39,928 nt of DNA, taken from the IMG/VR virus record IMGVR_UViG_3300048848_000222, positions 1 through 39,928 of that record; one strand, given 5' to 3'. The stretch is from a virus (taxonomy: Duplodnaviria; Caudoviricetes). Below the pieces are notes generated by a model. It saw only the letters and a program-made list of their open reading frames with translations, had not been told where the DNA came from and made no database searches. This document shows positions 1 to 8,843 of this stretch, in pieces. Numbering within the stretch: the first letter of the stretch is position 1; each line of letters opens with the position of its first letter. Both the position numbers and the translations under genes were made by a program.

Positions 1-333
1 TCATTCGTGCACCTCAGTCGAATCGTGGTGGTTATAGGGTTCGGGCTCCGGGACCAGTTGCAGGCCTTGCGGCGAATTGGCGCTGAGCATCATTAGATCC
101 ACCCACGCACGGTTAATCCGCGGCGGTCTGCCCCCGAAGAACTTGAACGCTAACGGGATCGTCGGATGAATCCAGATCGTCAACCTACCGTCACCGGCCG
201 CCACGTCGTCCTTCAACCCGAAGAAGAAGGCTTCGCTGCGGCGTAGTTTCGCGCCAATGACAAGGTGGAGATGCGCCAGCGTTCGGTCCTCGAAATCAAT
301 TGCCAAAGTCGAGTCGTACGTGAGTCTGCCCAT
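1..333 (-). CDS. Small conserved Microbacteriaceae-type protein (often mis-annotated as 'ATP-dependent DNA ligase')
   Basis: ATG at 333 gives MGRLTYDSTLAIDFEDRTLAHLHLVIGAKLRRSEAFFF...TIWIHP...INRAWVDLMMLSANSPQGL, a recognisable family pattern with no ligase motifs. Confidence 0.75.
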   Translation of the reverse strand: MGRLTYDSTLAIDFEDRTLAHLHLVIGAKLRRSEAFFFGLKDDVAAGDGRLTIWIHPTIPLAFKFFGGRPPRINRAWVDLMMLSANSPQGLQLVPEPEPYNHHDSTEVHE

Positions 334-615
334 CGGCGACCGGCTTTCTGTGCCCCGGCTGAACTCGCCAGGAAGATGGGAAACGCTCGAAGGCCCGTCT
401 GCGGGAGCCCTAAAACGTAACGGTCGGGATCGCGAACCACTCCCGACGCTACTCCGTTCCAGCCAGAAAGATAGAGACAGCATCGCCCGGATCCATGGCG
501 ACTGCTCGCACGTTGTCGACAAGACTCGCGGCAACCTCTAGCCTGGGATCTCAGTCACCCGCCCAGACCCCGCGTGTGCTGTGCCAAACCGTCACAACGT
601 TGTGGGGATGAAGCG

Positions 616-828
616 ATGCGTAATGGCTACTGGACAGACGACGTCGCAGCGATGGCTGTGACCACACCGGTCGATCAAATTAGAGTCGGAGAAGTGTCAT
701 CGGCGCAACTGCGCCGGCTGCTCGAGGTCATCGAAGAAATGCGTCGAGAGCAGTGCGACGGCGACACAAGGTTCGAACAGCGTTACTGGCAGATCCGCCG
801 CCTCCTCGACGACAACGAAGCCTACTGA
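616..828 (+). CDS. Hypothetical protein
   Basis: ATG at 616 (MRNGYWTDD...); plausible helical protein. Confidence 0.5.
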   Translation: MRNGYWTDDVAAMAVTTPVDQIRVGEVSSAQLRRLLEVIEEMRREQCDGDTRFEQRYWQIRRLLDDNEAY

Positions 829-945
829 ACCCACAGGACTCGTCGGGCACGAATCTGGAGCTTCACAGAGGCCAGACCGTCACTTATCCTGGATGGCACA
901 TTCCTCAGTGCTGAGTCACCTCGTTGACCGGGAATTGGAGGTCCC

Positions 946-1191
946 ATGACCGAGCCCGAGCTCGTCGCCCTCGCGACGGACGCCGATTACGACAACCTCG
1001 ACCTCGACTCTGTCGCCGTCACGGACCTGGTCAGACTGCGAAGCATCATCGACCAGATCTGGGCCCGCATCGATGGCGACGAAGAACTCGCGATCCGGTT
1101 CGAGTGGTTACACCCGCTCGTCGACGTCGCGATCCGCCGGCGGCTACCTCGCCAGGTCGCATCAAGCAGAGCAGTCTTCGAGTCAGTCTGA
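946..1191 (+). CDS. Hypothetical protein, possibly truncated by a TGA (the frame stays open to 1422)
   Basis: GGAGG RBS before ATG 946; high GC3 codon usage. Confidence 0.7.
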   Translation: MTEPELVALATDADYDNLDLDSVAVTDLVRLRSIIDQIWARIDGDEELAIRFEWLHPLVDVAIRRRLPRQVASSRAVFESV

Positions 1192-1391
1192 GCCCCGACC
1201 ATCGACGACCTCTTTAGAGCCACGCTGACCTACCGTCGGCCGCTCCGCAGCGAAGGCATCCTCGTGCCCCTCCCCGAAGGCGCCACCCGGCCGCCCAAGA
1301 CGCTCCGACGCCCCTCCGAGCTGCTACCCGATCTGATCGAGGTGTTCGAGCTCTTCCACGACGACGACTGGGACACCGAGCATCTGGCCGG

Positions 1392-2069
1392 CTACGTGTT
1401 CGTCGGCACGATCGAGTCGTAGCTGGACATCGCCGTGCGAATGGACACTCGGGTCTCCTCGGCAATCTGCCGCATCGCCGTGGGGAAAGGCGACAAGTAG
1501 CTTTCTTGATCCGGCAGAGGCCCGCCGACGGTGAAACCCATTCCCCCTTCGTGGGCGAGTGAACGGTAGGCCTCGGGAAGCTGATCGACGTGGGCGCCAC
1601 CAGCTTTGTTGGCCAACCAGATCACGATCTGCCGGCGAGAGACGGATGTTCTCGGGGAGAATAAGCGCGGAGTCATCCACCATTCCTCGAATGGACGCGC
1701 GTCAGCTTCCACTTCTCCGCTCAGAAAGTTGAAGGTTGGTTGGTATTCGGTTGACCCCGGCTGCATGCTAATCACGGCTAGCAAAGGCATGACGCCAGCC
1801 CACGTCGGCTGGGAGGTTCGTTCCTCGGCGAGGGCGAGAAAGCTCTTCGGGATGAGTTCTCGAAAGGTCATCGTCTGTTTCATACCGAGGTGCTGGAGCA
1901 GACTCGTGCTGCCATTCCGCCCTGGAGTGTCATGCACGAGAACGCGAACTGTGCTCGCCAGTCTCTTCGCTTCCGAGAACGCGCCGTTGTCGTATGACAC
2001 GCACGATGCATCGAGGAAGTAGAGCTGCTCTTCCAGATGTTCGATTAGTTCGCTGCGCGCGATGACCAT
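1392..2069 (-). CDS. Accessory (moron) protein with a HEPN-like motif
   Basis: Lies beyond the late terminator; TACGAT -10 is 7 nt before ATG 2069; motifs EAKRLASTVRVLVHD and SRRQIVIWLANKAGGAH; more AT-rich codons. Confidence 0.7.
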   Translation of the reverse strand: MVIARSELIEHLEEQLYFLDASCVSYDNGAFSEAKRLASTVRVLVHDTPGRNGSTSLLQHLGMKQTMTFRELIPKSFLALAEERTSQPTWAGVMPLLAVISMQPGSTEYQPTFNFLSGEVEADARPFEEWWMTPRLFSPRTSVSRRQIVIWLANKAGGAHVDQLPEAYRSLAHEGGMGFTVGGPLPDQESYLSPFPTAMRQIAEETRVSIRTAMSSYDSIVPTNT

Positions 2070-2082
2070 GAGTGGCATCGTA
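2070..2082 (-). promoter_or_regulatory. Putative -10 element (TACGAT) of a leaderless moron transcript
   Basis: TACGAT at 2082-2077, then 7 nt, then ATG; no RBS. Confidence 0.5.
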
Positions 2083-2107
2083 GCGATCAAATTGGCGCGC
2101 AACGAGG

Positions 2108-2146
2108 AAAGAGCCCCTGACCCTCCCGAAGGAGAGCCAGGGGCTC
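2108..2146 (-). terminator. Intrinsic terminator ending the late/tail operon
   Basis: Minus strand GAGCCCCTGGCTCTCC-TTCG-GGAGGGTCAGGGGCTC-TTT; cUUCGg loop; 20 nt after the stop of the last tail gene. Confidence 0.8.
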
Positions 2147-2166
2147 GATACATGTTCTGGGGTCAG

Positions 2167-3060
2167 TTATGCCGCCCAGGTGTCCGTCGCAAGTGGACCG
2201 CCGGTGCCGAATGCTCGTGCGTAGAGTTCGCCGTCGATGGCATCGACTTGGGCGTAGGTGCGTGCGGACACTGTGAGGTCTTCCACATACAGACGGTAGA
2301 GGACGTATCCGCCCTGAGCACCTTTTCTGCTTCCCCCGTTCACGCCTCGCGGGCTGACGTGCCAGAGCAAGGCGTTCTCCTCGTTGTAGGCAGCCCCGGT
2401 CCATGCGGCGTTCGTGTTGCGGACGGCAGCCCGGGATCGGGTCGGGCCGATCGCGTTCTGGGCGATGAGACCGGAGCCGAGGATGGTGGGTTGCGGGTTG
2501 CCCGTCATCCACGCGAATGAGCCCATGTCGACGAGTTGACCGTTCGCGAGAGCCGCCACGCCCGCGTTCAATGCCATGAATGCTGTGCCGCCACCGGAAA
2601 CAAACGGTGAGGTCGTGCCGGGGGTGTTGATGGCCGCATGGGTGCGTCGGTACCAGGCGGAGAAGAAGAAATCGTGGCCGGTTGCTTTCATGTAGGCGAT
2701 CATCGGCGCCTTCAGTGAAATGTCGGTGCCGACGAATGCTTCAGCGACAGGGATCTTCGTGTTCAGCCCGCCTTTCGGGGTGATGGCGTGGGTGACACCG
2801 CTGCTGGTGCCCGTGGTCCACACCTTCAGATCGGCATCCGCGGCGGTCGCGCTGCCGCCCATGAGGGCTGCCGCCTGAGTGCGGAACTCGTTCGTGAGGA
2901 TCTGCTGATTGGCAGGAGGGGTGGACCCTACCCCGAAGCCTCCCGGGCGAACGAGCACCAGGGAGCCGGCGGATTCCATGCCGTCCACGAGCGGAATGTA
3001 GGGCAGGCCCTCAGCGTAGGGGTCGGTGAAGTTGGTGTCGAGCTGTTGGATGATGCCCAT
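2167..3060 (-). CDS. Tail-spike-associated protein (beta-rich, possibly lectin-like)
   Basis: Overlaps the spike stop codon (TAATG coupling); last gene of the late operon. Confidence 0.7.
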   Translation of the reverse strand: MGIIQQLDTNFTDPYAEGLPYIPLVDGMESAGSLVLVRPGGFGVGSTPPANQQILTNEFRTQAAALMGGSATAADADLKVWTTGTSSGVTHAITPKGGLNTKIPVAEAFVGTDISLKAPMIAYMKATGHDFFFSAWYRRTHAAINTPGTTSPFVSGGGTAFMALNAGVAALANGQLVDMGSFAWMTGNPQPTILGSGLIAQNAIGPTRSRAAVRNTNAAWTGAAYNEENALLWHVSPRGVNGGSRKGAQGGYVLYRLYVEDLTVSARTYAQVDAIDGELYARAFGTGGPLATDTWAA

Positions 3061-5009
3061 TAGTTGCGCCCTTTCAGGTGGATGATGTTCGCGGCTCCGA
3101 CACCGGAGCCGACCCGGGCGGTGCCGGATGCGGCGAGCGCGCCGGGTGTGATGGTGGACAGGTACACGGGGGCGTCGAATGCCCAGCTGGTCACGCCTCC
3201 GCGTGTCTGGGTGGGAAACAGCTTCGCTTCACGGAGGACACGAACCCGGGCTCCGGATGCTGCGTCGTTCAGAGCGATGCCGACGAACTGCTCCGCGGTC
3301 GCGGTGGTCGGAGCGGTCTTCACAACGCCGCGTGATGCGTCGAAAACGAGGGCGTCCCACTTCGTGACCGCACCCGACGCGGTCGCCGACAATTCCTTGT
3401 CAGGCTGCGAGGGGTAGTAATCCGGCGAACCTCCTGACGTATCGAGCCAGCCCATGACGTCACATCCGATAAGGGAGATCGCGAACTCCACGTGCGCGGA
3501 GGAGCCGTCTGTGGCGCGCCACGGTGAGGCGTCGTGCTGGATGTAGTGGCCGCCGATCCGGCAGTTCACCAACTCCAACCGGTCCGTGGTCTGCGAGCCG
3601 AGAGACGCAACCAGCAACGCGACCGGGCCGCCGGGTTCGAGCACGCACTCGTCAAGGCGGGTGATCGAAGGTCGGTCGAAGGGACGGTTCGAGTGCACCG
3701 CGAACGCCCACCCGCCGCTACGGAACGTGCTGCGGTAGTGGTAATTCTCAAGCCCTGACGCCGTCCCGGAGCCCCATGCCGGCGGGTTGCTCCATGCGCC
3801 GGCGACGGTGTTGCCCTCGTGCACAAAGAGGCAGTCGATGGTCCGCTGTTGGGTGTCGCGGTTCGCGGCGTCCTGGTCGTGGTGCGCGGAGTAGCGGCCG
3901 TTGTGGACGGAGAACATGCAGCCGACGAGATCCACATCCCAGATCGGCCAGACCGGAGACTCGGCGTTCGCGACCGCGACCGAAACCGTGTCGGGGTTAT
4001 CGAGACGAATGTTCGCGGCGTGCCGCACGACCGAGATCAGGCGGGTGCGGGTGGGAATGATCCGCTCGCGCATGTTGTAGGTCCCGGGAGCGAGCAGCAC
4101 GTCGTACCACCAACCGTTCCCGGCGTCAGCCTCGATCGTCACGAACGCGGCTTCGAGCTCGGCCGCGGTGCTGACATGGATCTCCCGGCCACGCTTCGCC
4201 CACACCGGCACCTGCCGCATCGCGTACCGCTTCAACGTCGCAGAGGGGATCTTGCCGTCAGGGCCGGTCGTGGCCTCGTCACCACGGCGACTCGCGTCCA
4301 TCGTGCCGCTGTAGTTGTCCCGAGTGAGAACATGCCCCGACTGCTTCGCAATAACAGCACGAGCGAACGGGGCAGGGCCACCGTCCGGGCCCGCGGAACT
4401 CCAGATCGGGCGACCATCCGGGGTGCGGGCCGTCCAAAGGAGAGACGAGTCGATGTTCCGCTTCGGGACACGCACATCCGACGCCTCAACGAGGTCGAGA
4501 CCCGTCACCTTACTCGTCACGGCGGCCCCAGCCTGACCCGGGATGTCCTGGTCGCTGATCTCGGTCGAGACGATCGTGCTGATGTTGTCGATCGCATAGT
4601 TCACGATGGTGAGCGCCGCGTTGACCTCGTCGCCGATACCTGCGATGTCGCGTGACCATCCGGGCACGATGTAGGTCGTGGTGGTGATCGGCTGCACAAC
4701 GTCGACCAGGGCCGCGTACGCGACCGGCCCCGCCGTCGGGACGATGGTGGCGCGGATGATCTGCTTGTCGTAGTTCCGGAAGTCCTCGACCCATGTCATC
4801 GCCTCACCGGCCGGGGTCGAGGGCGCGACGAGCGGGGTGACGCCGTCGTCGAGGAACGGGACCCCGTCGATCACGCGGGACTTGACCCGCACTGTGGTGA
4901 TGAGCGCGCCGTCGATCTCTTGGCGGGCGGTCTGCTCGCCGTAGAGGTATCCGTTGGCGGGCTGCCCGAAGGAGTCAAGGATCGGTCCGGTGATGACGAC
5001 GTTCGCCAT
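3060..5009 (-). CDS. Tail spike / receptor-binding protein with a probable beta-helix (depolymerase-like) domain
   Basis: AAGGAG RBS and ATG 5009 (MANVVITG); VLLAPGTYN beta-helix entry motif; C-terminal segment resembling the capsid cement protein. Confidence 0.8.
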   Translation of the reverse strand: MANVVITGPILDSFGQPANGYLYGEQTARQEIDGALITTVRVKSRVIDGVPFLDDGVTPLVAPSTPAGEAMTWVEDFRNYDKQIIRATIVPTAGPVAYAALVDVVQPITTTTYIVPGWSRDIAGIGDEVNAALTIVNYAIDNISTIVSTEISDQDIPGQAGAAVTSKVTGLDLVEASDVRVPKRNIDSSLLWTARTPDGRPIWSSAGPDGGPAPFARAVIAKQSGHVLTRDNYSGTMDASRRGDEATTGPDGKIPSATLKRYAMRQVPVWAKRGREIHVSTAAELEAAFVTIEADAGNGWWYDVLLAPGTYNMRERIIPTRTRLISVVRHAANIRLDNPDTVSVAVANAESPVWPIWDVDLVGCMFSVHNGRYSAHHDQDAANRDTQQRTIDCLFVHEGNTVAGAWSNPPAWGSGTASGLENYHYRSTFRSGGWAFAVHSNRPFDRPSITRLDECVLEPGGPVALLVASLGSQTTDRLELVNCRIGGHYIQHDASPWRATDGSSAHVEFAISLIGCDVMGWLDTSGGSPDYYPSQPDKELSATASGAVTKWDALVFDASRGVVKTAPTTATAEQFVGIALNDAASGARVRVLREAKLFPTQTRGGVTSWAFDAPVYLSTITPGALAASGTARVGSGVGAANIIHLKGRN

Positions 5010-5020
5010 GAGGGCTCCTT

Positions 5021-5659
5021 CTAGGGGATGACTTCGACGATGATCTTGGGGTGGGCGTAGCCGATGTTCCCGGCGTGGGCGTAGCACTCGAACCGGGCCG
5101 TCATCGCCGTATCGACCGGGAGGCCCTCGACGGTGTGCACGTACGACCCGGACGCGATCACGTCTGTGGCGAAGGCGTTCACGGCGCCGGTGAAGGTTCC
5201 GGAGGTGATGCCAGTGATGTTCGCGTCGCGGGTCACTTGCCCGTCGATCGAGAACGTCGCGGCACCTGTCGTCGATAGGGCCACGCTGAGGATGCTGGCG
5301 GAGACCGTGATGCGGACCTTGCCGGTGCTCGTCCGGAACACCAGCGCCGGCCTGTCACTCCCCCATGTGCCGGCCGAGACCGAGGTCTGTGAGGTCGAGC
5401 CGACGGCGGTGCTGACAGTGAGCGAGGCGAGGTAATCGATCGTCTCCTGCTGCGATGCCTGCACGTCGGCGAGTTCGGCGGTGACGCCTTCGAGAGCCTC
5501 GACTTGCTCCGCGAGGAGTTCGAGCGCCGCCTGCACCTTGTCCTTGTTGCGGTTGTTCTGCGACCCGGTCGGGCGTTCGAGCTGCGAGATGCGACCTTCG
5601 ATCGCCTGAATCCGCCGCGGCAGCGTCTGGTCGGGTGGCACGTAACCTGGCTCAGCCAT
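5021..5659 (-). CDS. Minor tail protein
   Basis: ATG 5659 coupled to the upstream stop; N-terminal coiled coil (RRIQAIEGRISQLER) and beta-rich C-terminus. Confidence 0.8.
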   Translation of the reverse strand: MAEPGYVPPDQTLPRRIQAIEGRISQLERPTGSQNNRNKDKVQAALELLAEQVEALEGVTAELADVQASQQETIDYLASLTVSTAVGSTSQTSVSAGTWGSDRPALVFRTSTGKVRITVSASILSVALSTTGAATFSIDGQVTRDANITGITSGTFTGAVNAFATDVIASGSYVHTVEGLPVDTAMTARFECYAHAGNIGYAHPKIIVEVIP

Positions 5660-6819
5660 CACGCCTCCGCATACGTGTCGAGGGTCGTGATCTTGATCCA
5701 CTTGCCGTCTCGGTCGCCGGCCTTCGACACGATCCGCCGCAGATACCCTTCCGGGCCGCTGTCGGGGATCTCGTCGTCGTTCGCGATGACGATGCGGCAG
5801 TAGTCGCCCACGCCCACATCGACCGCTTTCGGGTCCCCGTCGGCGCGCACCTTGAACGACCACGACGACTTCGGCAGCTTGTTCGTCCGCACCTGCTCGG
5901 TGGCCTTCGACTTCAGCAGCGCCGGCGTCTCCGCATCCGACGACCCGGACGCCTCGAGCAGGGGGAAGCCCGCGTTGAGTAGCGACAAGTCGTCGGCGCG
6001 TTCGATGTAGGTGCGGTCGTCGGAGCGGCCCCCGGACAGCCAGAACCGCGACGCAAGGTTCGTGGCGTCGATGGTGGTTTCGAGGTCGGCGATCGACGGC
6101 TCAGGCACGGAGTAGTCCCAGATGTGGATCGTCTCGCCCGCGAGGTTCGGTTTCGCGAGCGTCCCGGTGCGGAACACCCACTCCATGCCGAGCCCGTCCG
6201 TGGTGAACCGGGGCTTGAACGCGATGTCGGGGCCGTTCTCGATCTCGGTGAGCTGCCGCAGCCGCTCCCCAACCATCGCCAGATCTGTGCCGAGATAGCC
6301 CCGCTGGTACGGGCCTGCCTCTTCGGGCTCGAACACGATCGGCACGTGTCCGCCCGTGAACGCGATCGCCTGCTGCACCATCCGCTTCGCGATCGTCCCG
6401 TACGAGAGACCGACGAAGTTCGAGTTCATCACCGCGTACGGTTCGCCCGTGGCCGGGTCGATGACGGGCATGTTTTGCGCGACGAGCGGGATCAGCACCC
6501 GATGATCGAAGTACGACCACATGCCCTTCGCAGTGATGGTCCGCTTGCGGTTGGAGCGGCTGTAGTTCGAGATCCATACCGGCCCACCGACCTCGGGCAC
6601 GCCATCGTTGACAACGACCGCGAACGACGCTCCCGGGGTCGATGCGGCGGAGATGCCGAGCTTCCGGGTGTCAGTGTCCGCGAGGTTGAACGACGCCTTC
6701 ACATTGTCGGCCGTGTTGCGGGTCTCATCCCAGGAAAGGTCAGAGAGTCCTTTGGCGGGGAGGTAGACGAGGTTGCGGCCGGTGCGCAGATCCCCGATCA
6801 CAACCTGCGTCGACGACAC
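5659..6819 (-). CDS. Minor tail / baseplate hub (Tal-like) protein
   Basis: GTG 6819; IGDLRTG...WSYFDHR...LRQLTEIENGPDIAFKP...VGVGDYC pattern of actinophage minor tail proteins. Confidence 0.8.
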   Translation of the reverse strand: MSSTQVVIGDLRTGRNLVYLPAKGLSDLSWDETRNTADNVKASFNLADTDTRKLGISAASTPGASFAVVVNDGVPEVGGPVWISNYSRSNRKRTITAKGMWSYFDHRVLIPLVAQNMPVIDPATGEPYAVMNSNFVGLSYGTIAKRMVQQAIAFTGGHVPIVFEPEEAGPYQRGYLGTDLAMVGERLRQLTEIENGPDIAFKPRFTTDGLGMEWVFRTGTLAKPNLAGETIHIWDYSVPEPSIADLETTIDATNLASRFWLSGGRSDDRTYIERADDLSLLNAGFPLLEASGSSDAETPALLKSKATEQVRTNKLPKSSWSFKVRADGDPKAVDVGVGDYCRIVIANDDEIPDSGPEGYLRRIVSKAGDRDGKWIKITTLDTYAEA

Positions 6820-6821
6820 GG

Positions 6822-7109
6822 TTACTCGGCGGCGTGCTTGGGCTGAACGACCTCGACGCTCGTCAGCGACGGGCCCGTGCCGCCGGTCGCTGCGTCCGAG
6901 ACGATCGAGGTCAGATAGGACACGATCGCGCCGCCGAGGAACACCCCGCCGATGGTGAGGTAGTTCAGGGTGAACGCGTTGAGCGTCTGCGCGGTCTCGG
7001 TCGGCTGAGTGCCGGCAATGAGACCGAACCCGATCGTGATGAGCACGAACTGGGCGCCGGATTTGATGGCGCGCTCGGTGGCGGCCTTCCAGAAGATGAG
7101 GGTGAACAT
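6822..7109 (-). CDS. Holin (r1t-like)
   Basis: MFTLIFWKAATERAIKSGAQ...SYLTSIVS signature; two hydrophobic segments. Confidence 0.85.
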   Translation of the reverse strand: MFTLIFWKAATERAIKSGAQFVLITIGFGLIAGTQPTETAQTLNAFTLNYLTIGGVFLGGAIVSYLTSIVSDAATGGTGPSLTSVEVVQPKHAAE

Positions 7110-7112
7110 CGG

Positions 7113-7442
7113 TTACTCCTTCGGAGGGTTTCGTTGGATGTGCCGTAGCACGATGAAGACGGTCCAGAAGAGACCGACGAGGGCGGCGTACAGCCCAAAT
7201 GCGACCCACTCGCGGCCAGGAAATCCGCCCGTCCAGCGGACGGCGAGAATGAAGCTGATCAGGGCGAAGAGATTGATCTTCTGCGCCAGCAGCACCCTCC
7301 CCAGCGGAGTGGACGCCCAGATCCTCGACGGTTTCCTCCACCAGCGGCCGGGCACAGGCTCGGTCGTGTAGTAGAAGATGAACAGCCCAAGTGGGATCAG
7401 CGCTGACGCGAGCAGCCAAACGATGAGGTCTTCAAGCGTCAT
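7113..7442 (-). CDS. Membrane protein (holin-like, lysis cassette)
   Basis: Three hydrophobic segments; lies next to the holin. Confidence 0.75.
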   Translation of the reverse strand: MTLEDLIVWLLASALIPLGLFIFYYTTEPVPGRWWRKPSRIWASTPLGRVLLAQKINLFALISFILAVRWTGGFPGREWVAFGLYAALVGLFWTVFIVLRHIQRNPPKE

Positions 7443-7632
7443 GGGCGCGCATCGCTTTCTCGAGACTGGCGACGAAGTTGTTGCGAACCTCGCGACGCTG
7501 CAGTCGGTTCACCCGCTGCAGCACTTCTGGTTCCTGCGCCTGGACTTTGCGGATCACGGACTCTGCCCGTTCGACCGCTAGCTGCGCTTCATTCGGTTCA
7601 TTCGGCACGTGCTTCTTACGTCGGAACATCAC
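7432..7632 (-). CDS. Small lysis-cassette protein
   Basis: Coupled ORF with RRxxxNNF motif typical of actinophage lysis cassettes. Confidence 0.7.
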   Translation of the reverse strand: MMFRRKKHVPNEPNEAQLAVERAESVIRKVQAQEPEVLQRVNRLQRREVRNNFVASLEKAMRAHDA

Positions 7633-7927
7633 TCCCCCTCACTGAGGGCTGTGTGTTTTCGTCGATTGCAGGGATGAAGTCGCCATAGAACTTGTCAGCG
7701 ATGCGCACGCCTGCGAGGAGATGCGAGTTCTGCTGCATCAGAACGGACCTGGCATCCTCGGATCGGCCGTGCGCGCGTTTCCAGTCCTCAGCTTCTTGGC
7801 GGGCAGCAGCGAGCTCCCGCTTGACCGTCCACCATGGAATGAGCCGGCCCGTGATGATGAGGATGATGATGCCCGCGACGATCGCGGCCAACGAGAGATC
7901 GCTCCGGAAGAACCCGAGAACGTCCAT
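7616..7927 (-). CDS. Membrane protein, one TM helix plus coiled coil (lysis cassette)
   Basis: GGAGG RBS and ATG 7927; LAAIVAGIIILIITGRLIP. Confidence 0.75.
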   Translation of the reverse strand: MDVLGFFRSDLSLAAIVAGIIILIITGRLIPWWTVKRELAAARQEAEDWKRAHGRSEDARSVLMQQNSHLLAGVRIADKFYGDFIPAIDENTQPSVRGSDVPT

Positions 7928-7953
7928 GGGTGCCTCCCAGAGTCGCTGACGGG

Positions 7954-8817
7954 TTAGACGGTGAGGGGCACGTTCAGCTGCGCGAGCTTCTCCGACTCGG
8001 CCAGGATCGAGGGCTTGGTCGCGAGCTTCACACGCGCAGCCGCCTCGATCTCCTCGGCCGTGCCGATCGAATCGACAGTCGCCGCCAGAGCCTTCGGCAC
8101 CGCGGTGAGTTCGCCGAGATCCGCGATCTGCTGAGCGGTGAGCTGCTGCCCCTGCGCCACCTGCTCGACCAGGTTGATGGCGTGCTGCACCATGGTGCGG
8201 AGACCGCCGCTCTCGTCCGTGGTCGCCCACAGAATGAGATCGAGCTTCGCGAGGACAGCGTCCTGCTTCTTCTGCATCGTGTACATGCTGAGCTCGACTC
8301 GGGCTGTGGCGTTGAGCACCAGGTTGGCGCCGTAACGGTCGGTTTCGTTGAACATGTCGTCCTCCTCGAACGGGGTGATGGTGCTGGAAGCCCACTCGGC
8401 CACCTGGGCCTCCCGGAAAGAGACGTGCCAGTTCTCGCCGTCGACGTCGCGGATGAAGCCGTATTTCTCGAGCACGGCCATGACGACGTCGTAGATGCCG
8501 TCGTTCATCAGCGCGTCGGCGTTGAAGTCGACCGCTTTCGCCCAGCCGTGGATCGAGTTGCCGGGGACGGCCGCGTTGTTAGGTTTTCCGAGAGCCGTCC
8601 AGCGCGCCCGCTGGTAGACCTGGCCGGCGAAGTCGCGGTAGGTCTCTGAGACGTACGCGACGAGGGTGATGCCGTGCTCGCGCTTCAGTTCGGCGGCGGC
8701 ACCGAGGAACTGACGGGCGGCGCCGGCTTCGAGCCGAAACCCGCCCCCGATCGGCTTCAGGGCGGCCGCGGGCATGTAGCCGTTGCGGTATCCGCCCCAG
8801 GCGAGTGATGCGACCAT
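7954..8817 (-). CDS. Endolysin, M15 (VanY-like) Zn peptidase with a C-terminal helical domain
   Basis: AAGGG RBS and ATG 8817; SETYR...PGNSIHGWAKAVD...ENWH motifs. Confidence 0.9.
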   Translation of the reverse strand: MVASLAWGGYRNGYMPAAALKPIGGGFRLEAGAARQFLGAAAELKREHGITLVAYVSETYRDFAGQVYQRARWTALGKPNNAAVPGNSIHGWAKAVDFNADALMNDGIYDVVMAVLEKYGFIRDVDGENWHVSFREAQVAEWASSTITPFEEDDMFNETDRYGANLVLNATARVELSMYTMQKKQDAVLAKLDLILWATTDESGGLRTMVQHAINLVEQVAQGQQLTAQQIADLGELTAVPKALAATVDSIGTAEEIEAAARVKLATKPSILAESEKLAQLNVPLTV

Positions 8818-8843
8818 GCTGATTCCCTTCAGTCGGTCGTGCG

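Noticed and set aside
1-333. ATP-dependent DNA ligase
   Set aside because: Only 110 aa and no KxDG or other ligase motifs; the label is a common mis-annotation
1189-1191. Selenocysteine recoding of the TGA
   Set aside because: No redox motif context and no recognisable bacterial SECIS hairpin directly after the codon
1-1400. attL/attR direct repeat
   Set aside because: No repeat shared with the integrase end was seen; the window stops at the integrase stop codon, so the partner site is probably outside
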